DNA from: Candidatus Latescibacterota bacterium
GTDB taxonomy: Bacteria; Latescibacterota; UBA2968; GCA-2709665
Length of the DNA: 64,000 nucleotides
Assembly: GCA_965237675.1 (NCBI GenBank)
Contig: OZ250150.1
Span: 2,304,001 to 2,368,000, forward strand
Direction of reading: 5' to 3'
In this document: positions 19,695 through 29,061 of the stretch, piece by piece
How positions within the stretch are numbered: the first letter of the stretch is position 1
Layout: the number at the start of each line of letters is the position of its first letter
The notes under the pieces: generated by a model
Seen by the model: only the letters and a program-made list of their open reading frames with translations
Database searches by the model: none
Told to the model about the DNA's origin: nothing
Program-made: the position numbers and the translations under genes

Positions 19695-20969
19695 ATGTTG
19701 AACGGAGGCGCAATCAGCCTGGACATCACGCCGCCACTGGGAACGCTGATTCCGGGTCTGTTTCACGAACGCCGGGCCGAGGCGGTTCACGATCCGCTGC
19801 ACGTGCGCGGTTTTGTGCTGGAACGCGACGGCGCGGGTATCGCGATCGTCGTATGCGATCTGATTGGCGTGGCGCGGGCCTATCTGGACCGGGCGAAAGC
19901 TCGGATCGCCGAAACCACAGGGCTGGCGCCTGAACGGGTGCTGATTTGCTGTACGCATACCCATACGGGCGCACAGACGGGGGATGACGCCTACACGGAA
20001 TTTCTCGTGGAACGGATTGCGGATTCCGTACGCCTGGCCTGGCACGGACGCGGCGAGGTGACGGCGGGCTGGGGACGCGCCGAAGAGGATCGGCCTGTAT
20101 TCAACCGGCGTTTTCATATGGCCGATGGCACGGTGCGAACCAACCCCGGCCTGGGCAATCCGGACGTGGTACGGCCCGCCGGCCCCGTGGATCCTGAGGT
20201 GGGGGTGCTCTGCCTCCGGAAACCGGACGGCATGCCCCTGGGGTTGTTGTGCAATTACGCGTTGCACTACGTGGGCGGGGGAGATCACGAGCGGGCGATT
20301 TCGGCAGACTATTTCGGGTATTTTGTACGTCTGATCCAGCGGATGCGAGGCCAACGGTTCACGGCGGCGCTTTCGAACGGCGCTTCGGGCGACATCAACA
20401 ATCACGATGTCATGGGTGGAAGCAGAGGCGCAAACGACCGGTACCAGCATACGGAGCGCGTCGCCGCGCTGGTGGCGGCCCAGGCCTTCTGGGCCTGGAA
20501 CGAAATGGAATTCGCCGGCGACCTGACCCTGGGCGCCGAGATGGTCGAAGTGACGCTGAAACGGAAGGCAGGCCCTTCTCCGGCAGATATCGCCCGGGCT
20601 CAGGAAATCCATGAAAAGGGTCGAGGAACCATGGCGGAGCGGGCATTCGCCCGGCGGATTCTGCGACGGATGGCGGAAGTGCCGGAGGAGACGCGAACGT
20701 GGGTGCAGGCGTTACGGATCGGCGACCTGGCCCTGGTGGGCGTGCCCGGAGAATTGCTGGTACGACTCGGGTTGGAAATCAAGAATCGGTCTCCGTTCGG
20801 GCAGACGATGGTGCTGGAACTGGCCAACGACAGCGTGGGATATCTGCCCGACCAGCAAGCCTATAAAGAGGGGGGCTACGAACCCGAAGCCGCCCTGTTT
20901 ACGCCGGGTTCGGGCGAGCGGATTGTGGAAGCGGCCGTTGGCCTGCTGGACCGGTTGTATCGATCATAG
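19695..20969 (+). CDS. Neutral/alkaline ceramidase-like hydrolase
   Basis: DITPP, VHDPL, THTHTG, NYALH, GASGDIN, VPGE and GYLP motifs. Confidence 0.8.
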   Translation: MLNGGAISLDITPPLGTLIPGLFHERRAEAVHDPLHVRGFVLERDGAGIAIVVCDLIGVARAYLDRAKARIAETTGLAPERVLICCTHTHTGAQTGDDAYTEFLVERIADSVRLAWHGRGEVTAGWGRAEEDRPVFNRRFHMADGTVRTNPGLGNPDVVRPAGPVDPEVGVLCLRKPDGMPLGLLCNYALHYVGGGDHERAISADYFGYFVRLIQRMRGQRFTAALSNGASGDINNHDVMGGSRGANDRYQHTERVAALVAAQAFWAWNEMEFAGDLTLGAEMVEVTLKRKAGPSPADIARAQEIHEKGRGTMAERAFARRILRRMAEVPEETRTWVQALRIGDLALVGVPGELLVRLGLEIKNRSPFGQTMVLELANDSVGYLPDQQAYKEGGYEPEAALFTPGSGERIVEAAVGLLDRLYRS

Positions 20970-21039
20970 ACGCCGGCGCGGATCGGTCTGAACGTGGAAG
21001 ACAGGCCGATGTCCGGCCTGAAATATACGAGGAGGAACT

Positions 21040-22083
21040 ATGTCCGATAAGGTACGTATCGGAGTGATTGGCGCCGGCGGCATTTTCCGCAGCCGGCATT
21101 TCCCGGGGTTGGCGAAGATCAGAGATGCGGAGGTGGTCGCCATCTGTAACCGGAGCGAGGAGAGCGCGGGGGCAATCGCCCGTGAGTTCGGCCTCTCGCC
21201 GAGACTGATGACGGATCCTTACGCGTTGATCGCGAGCGAGGACGTGGACGCGGTGATGATCGGTACCTGGCCGTACCGGCACTGCGAATATGTGCTGGCG
21301 TCGCTGGAGGCGGGAAAGCATGTCTTCGTGCAGGCGCGGATGGCGATGAATCTGCGCGAGGCAAAGGCCATGTACGCCAGGGCGCTGGAGACGGGTCTGG
21401 TAGCGCAGATCTGCCCGTCGCCCATGGCGATGAAGGGCGACGGGCTCATTCAGCGGCTGATCCGTGAGGGATACCTGGGCGACATCTATCATGTCTATAC
21501 CCGGTCGTTCAGTGGAGACAGCTGCGACCCCGAAAATCCGCTGCACTGGCGGCAAGTCGACCGGTATTCCGGAGTGAACGCGCTGAACATGGGCATCCTG
21601 GTGGAAATTGTGCACCGCTGGGCCGGTCAGATGAAGACGATATCGGCGCAGGCCGAGACGTTCATCAGGACACGGTCGACCGAGGGTGGGAAGGGGACGG
21701 GGCCGGTGGAGCGCCCGGATTCGGTGCATATCATGGGCCAGATGGAAAACGGCGCCCAGGCCGCGTTTCTGTTTTCCTCGGTGGCGCGGTTCGGCGTGGA
21801 TCCGCAGGTGGAGCTCTATGGCAGCCGGGGAACGTTGATTTATAAGTTGAACAGCGATACCCTTCTGGGCGGAAAGGCCGGAGAGGGCGCGCTGTCGGAG
21901 ATTCCCATTCCGGATGACGAAGCCCGAGAGTGGACCGTGGAGCAGGATTTCGTGAGCGCGATTCAGGGTGGGCCTCCCGGCGATACCACGTTCGAAGCGG
22001 GTGTGAACTATATGGCGTTTACCGAGGCGGTGTTCAGATCCGTGGAACGGGGCGGCGTGGTGCATCTGCCCCTTGTGGATTGA
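21040..22083 (+). CDS. Gfo/Idh/MocA oxidoreductase
   Basis: IGVIGAG and AGKHVFVQARMA motifs. Confidence 0.9.
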   Translation: MSDKVRIGVIGAGGIFRSRHFPGLAKIRDAEVVAICNRSEESAGAIAREFGLSPRLMTDPYALIASEDVDAVMIGTWPYRHCEYVLASLEAGKHVFVQARMAMNLREAKAMYARALETGLVAQICPSPMAMKGDGLIQRLIREGYLGDIYHVYTRSFSGDSCDPENPLHWRQVDRYSGVNALNMGILVEIVHRWAGQMKTISAQAETFIRTRSTEGGKGTGPVERPDSVHIMGQMENGAQAAFLFSSVARFGVDPQVELYGSRGTLIYKLNSDTLLGGKAGEGALSEIPIPDDEAREWTVEQDFVSAIQGGPPGDTTFEAGVNYMAFTEAVFRSVERGGVVHLPLVD

Positions 22084-22256
22084 TTGTCCCGCCCGGGCGG
22101 CGGACCGAACCGCCGGCTCCGCATTTCCGTCCGGCCGCGTTCCGGTTTCCGCGAAATTAGAGACGTCGACGTCCACCCGGCAACCGGTGAACCGGAAAAT
22201 GGGTACTGCCCGGCGGGGAAGCGTTCCACCGGCCGTTTGACGTTGACTGAAGGGCG

Positions 22257-23300
22257 TTGGTACAATCCGAAAGGAACGGTGTCGTGGCAGCAGAATATCG
22301 AATCGCAGTGGTGGGCACGGGGTATATCGGCCTGGAGCATATCAAGGCGATTGCGGGGCATCCGCAGGCGGCGTTGTATGCGATCTGCGGATCGGAGCGC
22401 AGCGCGGGTCGATTGAACGAACTGAAAGCCGAATACGGGGCCCAAAGGGTGACGGCGGACTACGGGCAGATTGTGTCGGACGAAGCGGTCGACGTGGTCT
22501 ATCTGTGCACACCGAATAGATTGCACGCCGACGAGGCCGTGGCGGCGCTGGAAGCCGGCAAGCACGTGTTCTGCGAAAAGCCGATGGCGACCACGTTGCA
22601 GGACTGCCGTCGGATGGTCGCCGCGGTAACGGGGTCGGGCAGGCAGCTGATGGTGGGCCATGGGGCGCGTTTCAGGCCGTTGCACCGTGCGGTGAAGGAC
22701 CTGTACGAAGCGGGCAAGCTTGGAGAGGCCTGTTTCTGCGAGTCGGATTATGTCCATTCGCTGGGACCGTTTCTCCGGGGTCCGGGGCACCGGTGGTGGC
22801 GGCACCGGGACGAAGGGCAATTCGCGGTGATCGGCGGCGCGTGCCATCCCCTGGACCTGATGCGCTGGATTGCGGGTGAATTGGAGGAGGTATCGGCGTA
22901 TGGCGTTACGAAGGTTCTGCACGACGTGGGCTGGCACGATACGGTGATTGCGTCGCTGAAGTTCAGGAGCGGCGCGGTTGGAAAGTGCCTGGTGTCCGTG
23001 GGAGCGCCGCGGCCGTATTCGATGACGTTCAATCTGTACGGAACAGAGGGCACGGTGGAGGAGAACCGGCTCTATCTGAAAGAGTTCGGAGAGATCGAGG
23101 CATTTGCGGAGATCCCGTTTCCGGTGTTGGGCGAAGTGCACGCCTGCGCCGAAGAACTGACGCACTTTCTGCACTGTCTGGATTCGGGTCAGACGCCGAT
23201 GATCGACGTGCGGGACGGCGCGCGTACGATGGCGGCGTGTTTCGCGGTGGCGCAATCGATACAAACGGGCAGGCCCGCCAGGGTGGTGACGGAATTCTGA
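22257..23300 (+). CDS. Gfo/Idh/MocA oxidoreductase
   Basis: VVGTGYIG, GKHVFCEKP and CHPLD motifs. The start could be GTG about 22284. Confidence 0.9.
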   Translation: MVQSERNGVVAAEYRIAVVGTGYIGLEHIKAIAGHPQAALYAICGSERSAGRLNELKAEYGAQRVTADYGQIVSDEAVDVVYLCTPNRLHADEAVAALEAGKHVFCEKPMATTLQDCRRMVAAVTGSGRQLMVGHGARFRPLHRAVKDLYEAGKLGEACFCESDYVHSLGPFLRGPGHRWWRHRDEGQFAVIGGACHPLDLMRWIAGELEEVSAYGVTKVLHDVGWHDTVIASLKFRSGAVGKCLVSVGAPRPYSMTFNLYGTEGTVEENRLYLKEFGEIEAFAEIPFPVLGEVHACAEELTHFLHCLDSGQTPMIDVRDGARTMAACFAVAQSIQTGRPARVVTEF

Positions 23301-23335
23301 ATCGGGTTGCGGCTGGTCACGGAGAGAGATGCAGG

Positions 23336-24205
23336 ATGGGTGACGTGCGGCTGGTGGCGTTTGATCTGGACGGCACGGTGCTGGATGACATGGGGATGAT
23401 TTCAGGCGCGTCCGTCGAAGCGCTGCGGCGTCTGATGAACGCGGGAATTCCTCTGGCTTCGATCAGCGGACGTAACGTAAGCAAGAGCCTGGCGCCGTTT
23501 CCTCCGGATCTGCGGTTGGAGTTGAACGTGGGCAGCTACAACGGGGCGATTGTTTTGGGAGACGGGCCGGATGACACGCGTCGTCTGTTGCACGAACAAC
23601 GTCTGCCGCGGGAGGGTTTTGCCGAACTGTTGAATTTTATCGGTGATTGGAGTTTGAATTTCATCTACTGCGGATGCGAAGTCGACGGTCGTGGCTTGAA
23701 TGAGGTCTATGTGACGGATGAGGAGACCGGGCCGATTCGAAGGCTGGTGCAAATGACCGGTGTGGATATCCTGGTTGACGGGGATCTTTTCGACAGGATG
23801 CGGCAGCGGGAACTCGTGCCGCCGCCGAAGATGATTGTGCTGCCGGGCCCCGCGCGAAGGGAAGCGGTGTTCGAGGGGATGCGTGCGGCGTTCGAGCGAC
23901 GTTTCTATCTGGCGCGCACGGGGGACGACCGGATTGAGATCATGCATCCTGAGGTGAACAAGGCGGTGGCACTGCGGAAGCTCTGCGACGCGTGCGGTGT
24001 TTCCCCTTCGCAGGCGCTGGCGGTCGGAGACGGGGACAACGATCTCCCGATGCTGAGGGCGGCGGGCATCGGCGTATTGATGGGGAACGCGGATGACCTG
24101 ACCAGGGCTTCGACCGCCGGGACCGGTGTGCGGATGGCCGAGTCTCTGGCGGAGGACGGGTTTTCAAAAACGGTGGCGCGGTACGTTCCGGACGTTCGAA
24201 GTTGA
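23336..24205 (+). CDS. Cof-type HAD hydrolase
   Basis: AFDLDGTVL, SGR, NKA and GDGDNDLPML motifs. Confidence 0.88.
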   Translation: MGDVRLVAFDLDGTVLDDMGMISGASVEALRRLMNAGIPLASISGRNVSKSLAPFPPDLRLELNVGSYNGAIVLGDGPDDTRRLLHEQRLPREGFAELLNFIGDWSLNFIYCGCEVDGRGLNEVYVTDEETGPIRRLVQMTGVDILVDGDLFDRMRQRELVPPPKMIVLPGPARREAVFEGMRAAFERRFYLARTGDDRIEIMHPEVNKAVALRKLCDACGVSPSQALAVGDGDNDLPMLRAAGIGVLMGNADDLTRASTAGTGVRMAESLAEDGFSKTVARYVPDVRS

Positions 24206-24270
24206 ACGCAAGCGTCTGGTCAATGTCTCTTCGCTTCGGCCGCACGGGCGAGTGGAACCGGCAACGTGTT

Positions 24271-25038
24271 TCACGCCGGGCGGGTTTCGGAATCTTCCGC
24301 GATCCGCGCCTGGAGGTCCACGCTGCTGGACAGAATGTGTTCTTTCATGGCCTGCTGCGCGGCTTCGGCATCGCCGCTCCGGAGGGCCCGCAGGATTTTT
24401 CCGTGTTCGTCCAGCGACATCCGGGCACGCGCCTCCGCCGTGTGCGTTGCGGGTTCTTCCAGGCTGGCTTTGATCCACTGCTGAAGGTAGTTGCGTATCA
24501 TGACAAGGAGGTTGCAGAGGATCGAATTCTGCGTGGCACGTGCAATGGCCAGGTGGAATTGGACGTCGAATTCCAGGAATTCCGCGGGCTGGTCGAGTGA
24601 TGTTTCGATTCCCCGGATGGTCCGGTCGAGTTCCCTGAGGTCACCTTCCGTGGCGCGCTTTGCGGCCAGAAATGCGTTCTGGGATTCCAGCATGAGCCGG
24701 GTCTCGACGAGATCCTTGACTTCCTTCGGGTCCAGCAGCAGACCCCATCGCAGGGATTTTTCCAGGTAGCGGCCGCTGTTGTCGCTCACGAACGTACCCT
24801 CGCCGACCCGGCTTTCCAGGATTCCCATGACAGCGAGTGAGCGGAGCGCTTCCCTCAGGGAGGTCCGGCCAACCTCGAACTGTTTGCAGAGTTTTCTTTC
24901 GGGCGGCAGCCGATCGCCCGGTTTCAGCACGTCGCGGGAGATCAGGTCGATGATCTGCGCGACAATTTCGTCGCTGAGCGAGGTGCGCCTGACGGGCGTC
25001 ATCTGTTCAACGGGCGGGGCCTTCCGTTGTTGATTCAC
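24271..25038 (-). CDS. FadR/GntR-family transcriptional regulator
   Basis: PGDRLPPERKL...VGRTSLREAL wHTH. FCD domain DVQFH...EH..I...H. Confidence 0.93.
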   Translation of the reverse strand: MNQQRKAPPVEQMTPVRRTSLSDEIVAQIIDLISRDVLKPGDRLPPERKLCKQFEVGRTSLREALRSLAVMGILESRVGEGTFVSDNSGRYLEKSLRWGLLLDPKEVKDLVETRLMLESQNAFLAAKRATEGDLRELDRTIRGIETSLDQPAEFLEFDVQFHLAIARATQNSILCNLLVMIRNYLQQWIKASLEEPATHTAEARARMSLDEHGKILRALRSGDAEAAQQAMKEHILSSSVDLQARIAEDSETRPA

Positions 25039-25170
25039 GCGGCTGTCCTTTTATAACGCTATACTTTTCAGATATTAAAGCTAAATTCTCCGTGTGCGGA
25101 GCCGAACACGGGCCGGGACGGCAAGTTTTCACTTTACAAAGATCCGTTTTTCGGTTAATCTTATATCGGA

Positions 25171-25186
25171 AATTGGTCAGACCATC
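25171..25186. promoter_or_regulatory. FadR-subfamily operator
   Basis: AATTGGTCAGACCATC contains the palindrome TGGTC-A-GACCA, matching the LldR/PdhR/GlcC-type consensus. Lies in the divergent spacer. Confidence 0.7.
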
Positions 25187-25252
25187 ATCACAATAACAAA
25201 AGAACAGACCGGGTTCCCTGCTGTCAAGAGAAAACTTGCCGGAGGTGGCGCG

Positions 25253-25882
25253 ATGGGCCTAACAGTCGATATCGGCGGGCGGATTGAACTGGTGTCCATG
25301 GATCCGCATTTTCATGAAATCACGATTGGCCTGTACCGGCAGGAGCACCACGGAGGTCCGGCGTATCGCGTGCACACATACAGTGGAAGAACCGGTGCCG
25401 ACGAGCGAATCGGGTTTGTCGCGGACGCGATGACGGTGCTGGGCGGAATGGAGCAGACACCGGACGGGCTGGTGCGCTTTCCGTGCGGAGAGGCACACGA
25501 ACTGGCCTGCCGACGGGTATTTCTGGAAGCGTGCAAGCTTGCGTCCGGAAGCGAGGTCGTAGGCCGCCCGCTGGGGATCCTCGACAGGAAGTCGGGTTTG
25601 AATGTGACGGTGTCCCGTCTGGGGGAGGGTGTGTACCGCGTCGGCGCCGAAGGGGAGGGGAAAGACGGCGCGCGGAGGACCTCGGCAATTGCGGGCGGGC
25701 TGGTCAAACTTGGAGAAATGCAATCCGTGGACTCGGATACGGTCGCTTTTTCGTGCGGACACGCCCACGACGAGGCGTTGGGGCTGCTTCTGGTTCGCGC
25801 CCCGAACGTCCGGTCTGCGGTTCGTGAGCAGGAGATGGCGGGGTCACGCGGCGTTCTTGCCTCACCAAGCCAGCAGAGGTAG
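25253..25882 (+). CDS. Hypothetical protein with internal duplication (FxCGxAH x2)
   Basis: ATG after ggagg. First gene of the operon. FPCGEAH and FSCGHAH repeats. Confidence 0.7.
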   Translation: MGLTVDIGGRIELVSMDPHFHEITIGLYRQEHHGGPAYRVHTYSGRTGADERIGFVADAMTVLGGMEQTPDGLVRFPCGEAHELACRRVFLEACKLASGSEVVGRPLGILDRKSGLNVTVSRLGEGVYRVGAEGEGKDGARRTSAIAGGLVKLGEMQSVDSDTVAFSCGHAHDEALGLLLVRAPNVRSAVREQEMAGSRGVLASPSQQR

Positions 25883-25925
25883 TGTTCTGTCCCGAATTCA
25901 GGCAACCTATTTTCGGGACAGAACA
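25883..25925. mobile_element. 43-bp minimal MITE (TIR tgttctgtcccgaa)
   Basis: tgttctgtcccgaa...ttcgggacagaaca directly after a TAG stop. The internal sequence equals the right end of the 28156 and 28890 elements. Confidence 0.7.
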
Positions 25926-25976
25926 CCGGGGTCTGCCGCGCTGCGCAAATGACGTTTCAGACAGGAGATTTGGAAT

Positions 25977-27014
25977 ATGGGGACTCAAACCGTGGGTCCG
26001 ATGACCTCCCGCGAGCGTGTTCTGGCGGCGTTGAAGAGAGAGCCGGTAGACCGGACGCCGGTGTGCAATCCGACATCGGTGGCGACGGTGGAACTGATGG
26101 ATCTCGTGGATGCGCCTTTTCCGAATGCGAACCGAAACGCGGAACTGATGGCCAGGCTGGCGGCGACCGGGCATACCGAGTTGGGGTTCGATACGATCAT
26201 GCCGGTGTTCACGATCATCCAGGAGTCGTCGGCGCTGGGCTGCAAGATTCAGTGGGAACAGAAGGACAACTGGCCCACGGTGAAGATGCGTGAGCCCATC
26301 TGGGAGGACGTGGACGACATCCGGATTCCCCACAATCTGCTCACACACCGGGATACGAAGTGCGTGCTGGATGCGATTCGGATTCTTAAAAAGGAATTCG
26401 GGGATGACGTGGCCGTTATCGGTAAGACGATGGGCCCATGGTCGCTGGGATACCACTGCTTCGGGGTGGAACCCTTTCTACTGATGTCCCTGGACGACCC
26501 AGGCAGGACGAAGGCCTGCCTGGACAGGATGAAAGAAGTGACCGTGGCGTTCGGAGTGGCGCAGATCGAAGCGGGCGCCGACGCACTCACGCTGCCCGAT
26601 CACGCCACGGGCGACCTGGTGAGCGGGGAGTATTACAAGCGGTATCTGCGCGATCTGCACATCGAATTCGTGGAGCGGATTCCGATTCCGCTGATTCTGC
26701 ACATCTGCGGGCGGACAGTGGATCGGATGGAGTATATCGCACAGACGGGGATGTCCGCATTCCATTACGACTCGAAGAACGAGCCGGGAGAATCCATGGC
26801 GGTGGTCAAGGAGCGGATCTCGCTGGTGGGCAACATCAACAATCCTGAAACGCTGTTTTCAAAGGGGCCCGAAGCGGTTCGCAAGGAGGTCATCAAGAAC
26901 CTGGACGCCGGCGTGCATCTTGTCGGGCCCGAGTGCGCGATTCCATTGCAGACGTCAATCGAGAACCTCAAGGAGATTCCCGGGGCGGTGCGAGACTGGC
27001 ACAGGGAGCGATAG
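25977..27014 (+). CDS. MtaA/CmuA-family methyltransferase (UroD fold)
   Basis: SRERVLAAL..EPVDRTP, ILHICG and terminal GPEC Zn ligands, LVGNI. Confidence 0.9.
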   Translation: MGTQTVGPMTSRERVLAALKREPVDRTPVCNPTSVATVELMDLVDAPFPNANRNAELMARLAATGHTELGFDTIMPVFTIIQESSALGCKIQWEQKDNWPTVKMREPIWEDVDDIRIPHNLLTHRDTKCVLDAIRILKKEFGDDVAVIGKTMGPWSLGYHCFGVEPFLLMSLDDPGRTKACLDRMKEVTVAFGVAQIEAGADALTLPDHATGDLVSGEYYKRYLRDLHIEFVERIPIPLILHICGRTVDRMEYIAQTGMSAFHYDSKNEPGESMAVVKERISLVGNINNPETLFSKGPEAVRKEVIKNLDAGVHLVGPECAIPLQTSIENLKEIPGAVRDWHRER

Positions 27015-27100
27015 TACAAACGCGGCAGCGCAAGTAACACAGATTCCGGCACCGCCTGCTTGAACGGGCGGCGCCGGCATGTCAAAAGGGCACGGGAATT

Positions 27101-27871
27101 ATGGCGGAAATTACCGATATCGAAAACGAATTCATTCGTGACGAGATCGAGGAGTTTCTCGAACGGGAAGACGAGCGGGAGCGGACGATCGCCACGTTTG
27201 CCAGTGTCAGTCGGGAAATGCAGGCGATCGCCGCGGCGTTGATCGACGGCGCCCACCACGAGGTGGACGCGTTGACCAAGGCTGCCCTCGATGGGGGCAC
27301 CGAGGCATTGCAGGTCATGGACGACGGGTTGATCGCGGGAATGGGCATTGTGGGGATCAAGTTTCGGGAAAATTTCATCTTTGTTCCGGAAGTGCTGGCC
27401 TGCGCCAGGGCGATGAAGGCCGGGATGGCGTATATAGAACCCATTCTGTCCGCGTCGGGCATCGAGCCTATCGGTACGGTGATTATGGGCACGGTAAAGG
27501 GCGACCTGCACGATATTGGAAAAAACCTCTGCATTATGATGCTTCGTGGCACCGGTTTTGTCGTTCACGATCTGGGGGTGGACACGTCTGATGACGAATT
27601 CTTGGATGCCGTGGAGGAGCATGGGGCGCCGCTCTTGGGGATGTCGGCGCTGCTGACGACGACCATGCCCAATATGGGTAAAACGATCGAGGCGTTTATC
27701 GATGCGGACCTGCGGGAGGACGTAAAAATCATGGTGGGCGGCGCGCCGGTCACGCAGGAGTTCGCGGACGATATGGGCGCAGACGGGTACGGCAAGGACG
27801 CGATGGCGTGCGTAGCCCTTGCCAAGCAACTGCTGGACGAGATGAAGGAAGAGGCCAACCTGAACGTGTGA
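27101..27871 (+). CDS. Corrinoid (B12-binding) protein, MtaC/MtbC-like
   Basis: Cap domain IFVPEVL..ARAM. GTVKGDLHDIGKN (DxHxxG), SALLTTT and GGAP motifs. Confidence 0.95.
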   Translation: MAEITDIENEFIRDEIEEFLEREDERERTIATFASVSREMQAIAAALIDGAHHEVDALTKAALDGGTEALQVMDDGLIAGMGIVGIKFRENFIFVPEVLACARAMKAGMAYIEPILSASGIEPIGTVIMGTVKGDLHDIGKNLCIMMLRGTGFVVHDLGVDTSDDEFLDAVEEHGAPLLGMSALLTTTMPNMGKTIEAFIDADLREDVKIMVGGAPVTQEFADDMGADGYGKDAMACVALAKQLLDEMKEEANLNV

Positions 27872-27879
27872 GCCCGACC

Positions 27880-28155
27880 ATGCGAAAAATCGACCAAAAG
27901 GAATATCAGAAGCGGCTGGATAAGATCACGGACCTGTTCGCGGGTATGATCGCCCATGCCGATGAACTTTCCACCCGGCGCTGCCCGTACAAGAACCGTT
28001 TTGACGAGTGTACGGCCAGGTTCGGATGCAGAAATCAGCGGAAGCCCCGTCCCGGCGGAAAGCTGCTGATGTGCGGCGGGGACGACAAGCTGGACTATCG
28101 CAGCGCGTGGGAAACGGAGGCGAATGAAGGGGCGCTTGCAGGGAGCGAGGACTAG
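27880..28155 (+). CDS. Small Cys-rich hypothetical protein
   Basis: 91 aa, 8 nt after the corrinoid gene. RCPYKN..ECTA.FGCRNQ...C.GD pattern. Confidence 0.65.
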   Translation: MRKIDQKEYQKRLDKITDLFAGMIAHADELSTRRCPYKNRFDECTARFGCRNQRKPRPGGKLLMCGGDDKLDYRSAWETEANEGALAGSED

Positions 28156-28885
28156 TGTCCTGTCCCAGAAATATCTAACCATTCTCCCGCCGATTCATCC
28201 CGTCTCGCTGCGTCGCATTCCTTGCCTGCGTTTCGCCACCCCCTAACGTCCCCAATTCCCTTGCCCTTTTTCTTGCATCGCCATGAAGCCGGGAGAGGGA
28301 AGAGGGAAGACGTAAGAGGGGTTGGTAACTCTTTCGCGTGAGACACCCGCAATGGACTCTCGTTGTGTAGAACGAGGAGTGGATTGCTGAATGCGGCGCG
28401 AGACCGGTGGGGCGCGGCGTGGTCCTCTCACTTCTACCGGCTTACTTCTTCCCGCCTTTTTAAGAAGGGCGCCGCTCGGCGCGGGGCCGGTTTTTCCGCG
28501 AATCTCCTTAGTGGAGAAAACGTAAGACACTGCCCTGAGACCGGTTTAGCATACACAAAACGACACTGCTGGACGGAAAAACGCGGAAAAACCCCCCTCT
28601 CCGCCACCGGATGGCCGGGAGGTATACCGCGACGGCGTTTTGAACGTGTTCTCGGTCTAGCCGCCAGTCCAGATCCAAATCTATACGTGTTCACGTACCG
28701 TAATAATACTAGACGGATTAACGCTTGTCTCCCCCTTTCCTTTAGGAGAGGGGGCCGGGGGGAGAGGTCACGGCGCTGATGTCAACTGATTGGGTTTTTG
28801 GTTCAAGCTGACGGCTGATAGCTGATAGCTGTTTTTGCTGCTTCTGATCGGCCGAATTCAGGCAACCTATTTCCGGGACAGAACT
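28156..28885. mobile_element. 730-bp non-autonomous element flanked by CTAG
   Basis: CTAG (28152-28155), TIR tgtcctgtcccagaaat ... atttccgggacagaact, CTAG (28886-28889). No transposase ORF. Confidence 0.75.
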
Positions 28886-28889
28886 CTAG

Positions 28890-29049
28890 TGTCCTGTCCC
28901 AGAAATGTCTCACCATTCGGCCGCCGATTCATCCCGTCTCGCCGCGTTGCCTTCGCTCGCCGACCTTAGCAGGTCGCCCGCGCTCAGGCGCCTTGCGATA
29001 CGGGCGACTCGTCGGCCGAATTCAGGCAACCTATTTCCGGGACAGAACA
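28890..29049. mobile_element. 160-bp tandem copy of the same MITE
   Basis: tgtcctgtcccagaaatgtctcaccattc..ccgccgattcatcccgtctcgc ... ccgaattcaggcaacctatttccgggacagaaca. Confidence 0.75.
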
Positions 29050-29061
29050 CTGGAACGCCGC

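Noticed and set aside
25880-28155. Pyrrolysine read-through at TAG stops in the methyltransferase operon
   Set aside because: The proteins are complete at their TAGs, downstream sequence is MITE or soon stops, and no MttB/MtmB-type gene or pyl genes are present.
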